From: an uncultured Candidatus Saccharibacteria bacterium
Lineage (GTDB): Bacteria > Patescibacteriota > Minisyncoccia > UBA10092
NCBI GenBank assembly: GCA_964495505.1
Contig: CAZBVM010000002.1
Span: forward strand, 1-46,456
Reading direction: 5' to 3'
Length of the DNA: 46,456 nt
Under the pieces are notes generated by a model. The model did no database searches and was not told the DNA's origin. It saw nothing but the letters and a program-made list of their open reading frames with translations. The position numbers and the translations under genes were made by a program. This document shows positions 44,265 through 46,456 of this stretch, in pieces; within the stretch, counting starts at the first letter, position 1; each line of letters begins with the position of its first letter.

Positions 44265-46456
44265 TTAGTATCTGATTGACGGGCCGTAGATCGGCAAGAC
44301 CTTGGCCTCAAGGTTGAGACCGCCGGCGGCATCGGAACAAGCGGTTGTGCCATCACCCCAACACATTGCATTCGTTGCCGCTCCCGCAAAGTTGGTGCTG
44401 CCAGTGTCAGTGTCAATGCTCCATTGGGCTAAGGTGCCGTTGGTGCTGCCGGTTGTGGCGGTAAATGCCCCATCCTGAACGTCTACACCGCCTGTCGTGT
44501 TGGCTACGACCTTAACTCTCTTGGTCGCGCCAGCGGTTAGAGTGTAGGCCGGATAGAACGACATTGAAGTTGAAGCAGTGCCGGCGCCGCCGTCCTTGGC
44601 AAACAATTCACCACTGCCCCCTCCAGTATAACGATCGCTAGTTGAACCCCAAGCCGTACCGGTATCAGCGTCAATTAACTTAACATAAACAGAAGCCAAG
44701 GTTGAACCAGCCAGTTTTAGAGTAACGGTGTTAATGGTTACATTGTTAGCCGGATCAGCCGTAAAGACGAAGACCGCCATCACGTCAGCAGATTGTGCCG
44801 GATGACCAGTTGTCAAAATACCGGTTGGGTCTGACGTAACAGTCAGTTTTGTTCTTACCACGGTAACGGCGTTAACGGCCGTACCAGTGCTGCCATCAGG
44901 ACCGGAAATAGTAGATGTCAGCGAACCGCTGGTAGACAAAGCCGTCACATCGGCTGGCCGCTCAATTCTCGCAGTATGAGTTGAACCGGATTGAGCGCCG
45001 CCGGAAGCGAAGGTTGAAACATCGCCCCTTAACTCAAGCGAATAGCCGCTGTTTTGAGGAATAATAACCGGGCTCGTAAAGTGGAAGACATACTTCCAGG
45101 CCTGGGTAACATTAGAGTTCACGGTGGTGCTTGACGCCGTACCGGAAACCACTATCGGATTAAGAGCAACGCCGCTCTTGTACCATTGCAGATTCCCCAA
45201 AGACGCTTTGGCGTTGTTCGGGTCACCAGTGCTGGTGGCGACATCAATTACCGTTATATCGGTAATGCTGATGTCGGAAACACCATCGGCGGTAAATCTC
45301 CAGATACCTACCGTCTTACCAGTTGAGCCCATAACCGCTTGATAAGCGGCCGGAGTTGAAGAATCTTTGGCAATCGTTAACTGGCCGCCTGTGGTGTTAA
45401 CCGTAAACGATTGGCCGTTGATGGCCGTGGTGGAAACCGCGGTGCCGCCAGTGCTTTTCAAGGTCTGGGTGGTTGTAGTAAGCAAGCCGACTGCCGAAGC
45501 TCCGCTCAACTTTACATAGAAAGATGAACCGAGACCGGTGGCTGATGTAAGAACATCGACGTAAACATCAACCGTGATGCTGCCACCGGCGGGAATCGCT
45601 TTCGGGGCAGAGCCCGAAAAAGTATAGGCAGTGCTTGCCGCGAGCGAACCGGTCATTGTGCCAAACTGAACGCCGTCAACCTTTAGCAAAAGATTAGCAA
45701 ACGGGAAAGTGGTTGACGAAGTTACAGAAATAGTTGAAACGTTAATCCCTTCAGCCGAAGAAGCCGACAAGACAAACGAACCAATTTTCGCGGCTGACTG
45801 GCCCTTAATCAAGTTCCCGGTGCCAAGGGCGGTGTTTTGCTTTGCCTGAAACGGATTGGAAGTGATGGTAAGAGTATTGCCGCTAACTGCAGTAGTATCG
45901 CCGGTTGAAACGTTGGAAATCTGACCCTGATAGTTATCAGTGCCGGCAACCAAGCTGCCCTTCATGTCAGTGGCAACGCCGCCCGATACCAAATCAAGCT
46001 TCAAGCTCCAAATTCTGGTCGTGTTGGCCGGAATAAGGTAGTTGATGTTTGAAGACGAGGTACCAAAAGTCGCGGCCGTTGTGCCGGTGTTGGACCAGGT
46101 ATCTGCCGCTGAACCGCTATCGCAAACCGCGTTTGCGTCAGTACCGCAAGGAGTGGTAATAGTGGTGCCGATCTGATTGCCGGCGTCATCCACCATATAG
46201 ACGTTATCTACCTCGCTAGTCCAGGTTACCGCGCCCGTGGCTTCAAGTTTGAATGGAATAAACAAAACTTTGATCTGTTCGCCGTAAGCGACAACTTTGA
46301 ATTTGGCAACGGTAATATTGGTCTGCGCGGGAGCAAGATTGCCAGTCGGGCTTGAAGGTTCAAGAGTAATGGTCAAAGTGCCAGCTCCAACATTTGTTGT
46401 AGTCAAAGCAAGGGTGGCTGATGGGCTGACGCCTACATTATAGGTCTTGTCGCGCG
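44265..46456 (-). CDS. Partial (5' end outside the window) Thr/Ser/Gly/Ala-rich secreted or surface protein built from four tandem ~165-aa beta-rich domains
   Basis: The frame stays open upstream of the track TTG to the window end (...RDKTYNVGVSPSATLALTTTNV). Recurrent domain starts are GAGTLTITLEPSS, GNTLTITSNPF, GGQLTIAKDSS and RTKLTVTSDPT. GC and GC3 are visibly higher than in all other genes. Confidence 0.75.
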   Translation of the reverse strand, partial: RDKTYNVGVSPSATLALTTTNVGAGTLTITLEPSSPTGNLAPAQTNITVAKFKVVAYGEQIKVLFIPFKLEATGAVTWTSEVDNVYMVDDAGNQIGTTITTPCGTDANAVCDSGSAADTWSNTGTTAATFGTSSSNINYLIPANTTRIWSLKLDLVSGGVATDMKGSLVAGTDNYQGQISNVSTGDTTAVSGNTLTITSNPFQAKQNTALGTGNLIKGQSAAKIGSFVLSASSAEGINVSTISVTSSTTFPFANLLLKVDGVQFGTMTGSLAASTAYTFSGSAPKAIPAGGSITVDVYVDVLTSATGLGSSFYVKLSGASAVGLLTTTTQTLKSTGGTAVSTTAINGQSFTVNTTGGQLTIAKDSSTPAAYQAVMGSTGKTVGIWRFTADGVSDISITDITVIDVATSTGDPNNAKASLGNLQWYKSGVALNPIVVSGTASSTTVNSNVTQAWKYVFHFTSPVIIPQNSGYSLELRGDVSTFASGGAQSGSTHTARIERPADVTALSTSGSLTSTISGPDGSTGTAVNAVTVVRTKLTVTSDPTGILTTGHPAQSADVMAVFVFTADPANNVTINTVTLKLAGSTLASVYVKLIDADTGTAWGSTSDRYTGGGSGELFAKDGGAGTASTSMSFYPAYTLTAGATKRVKVVANTTGGVDVQDGAFTATTGSTNGTLAQWSIDTDTGSTNFAGAATNAMCWGDGTTACSDAAGGLNLEAKVLPIYGPSIRY

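Noticed and set aside
1-46456. Searched by eye for rRNA, tRNA, transposase/integrase genes, toxin-antitoxin pairs, restriction-modification or other defence systems, and prophage genes
   Set aside because: None was recognisable. Intergenic space is minimal (the largest gap is about 190 nt at 44074-44264). The only nuclease-like element is the embedded GxxExxY domain.

Overview
The window is AT-rich and almost fully coding, with about 40 genes. Most sit in four long minus-strand gene trains, many joined by ATGA start/stop overlaps. It reads as a cell-envelope glycan biosynthesis and decoration island from an uncultivated-type bacterium. The CPR/Patescibacteria-like gene style is my inference only.

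Recognisable content:
- 8 GT4 glycosyltransferases, one of them broken by an in-frame TAA.
- 4 GT2 enzymes, 3 of them Dpm1/GtrB-like polyprenyl-phosphate sugar synthases.
- 5 GT-C-like polytopic membrane proteins, plus a Wzy_C/O-antigen-ligase-TPR protein.
- 6 class I SAM methyltransferases, a TylCIII-like sugar C-methyltransferase and a B12-type radical SAM enzyme.
- A GDP-mannose 4,6-dehydratase / DegT aminotransferase / cupin branch.
- An AsnB-like amidotransferase.
- A partial, markedly GC-richer Thr/Ser/Gly/Ala-rich surface protein made of four tandem domains.

The most interesting system is a compact phosphonate module at 7783-11321:
- A PEP mutase carrying the EDKxxxxxNS signature is fused to an N-terminal HxGH cytidylyltransferase, the architecture of Fom1.
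- It is translationally coupled to a phosphonopyruvate decarboxylase fused to an iron-type alcohol dehydrogenase, equivalent to Fom2+FomC.
- This predicts 2-hydroxyethylphosphonate and its CMP conjugate.
- In the same and neighbouring operons lie an orphan 438-aa protein, a methyltransferase, a large membrane protein, an HP-motif TagB/TagF-like transferase, a class B radical SAM enzyme (candidate Fom3 analogue) and a NeuA-like cytidylyltransferase.
- I interpret this as phosphonate decoration of a surface glycan rather than an antibiotic pathway.

The second theme is that at least four families of short DNA repeats sit in frame inside the glycosylation genes:
- A ~510-bp GxxExxY (PD-(D/E)XK nuclease-fold) module flanked by inverted arrays of GCGGATNNNN decamers, inserted inside a GT-C gene.
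- A solo copy of that decamer array in another GT-C gene.
- 13-nt palindromes (GAAGTCSGACTTC) forming 13-bp hairpins, translated in all three frames, in a GT4 gene and in the ligase gene.
- Heptamer tandem tracts in a GT2 and a GT4 gene.

I saw no rRNA, tRNA, CRISPR array, transposase or integrase.
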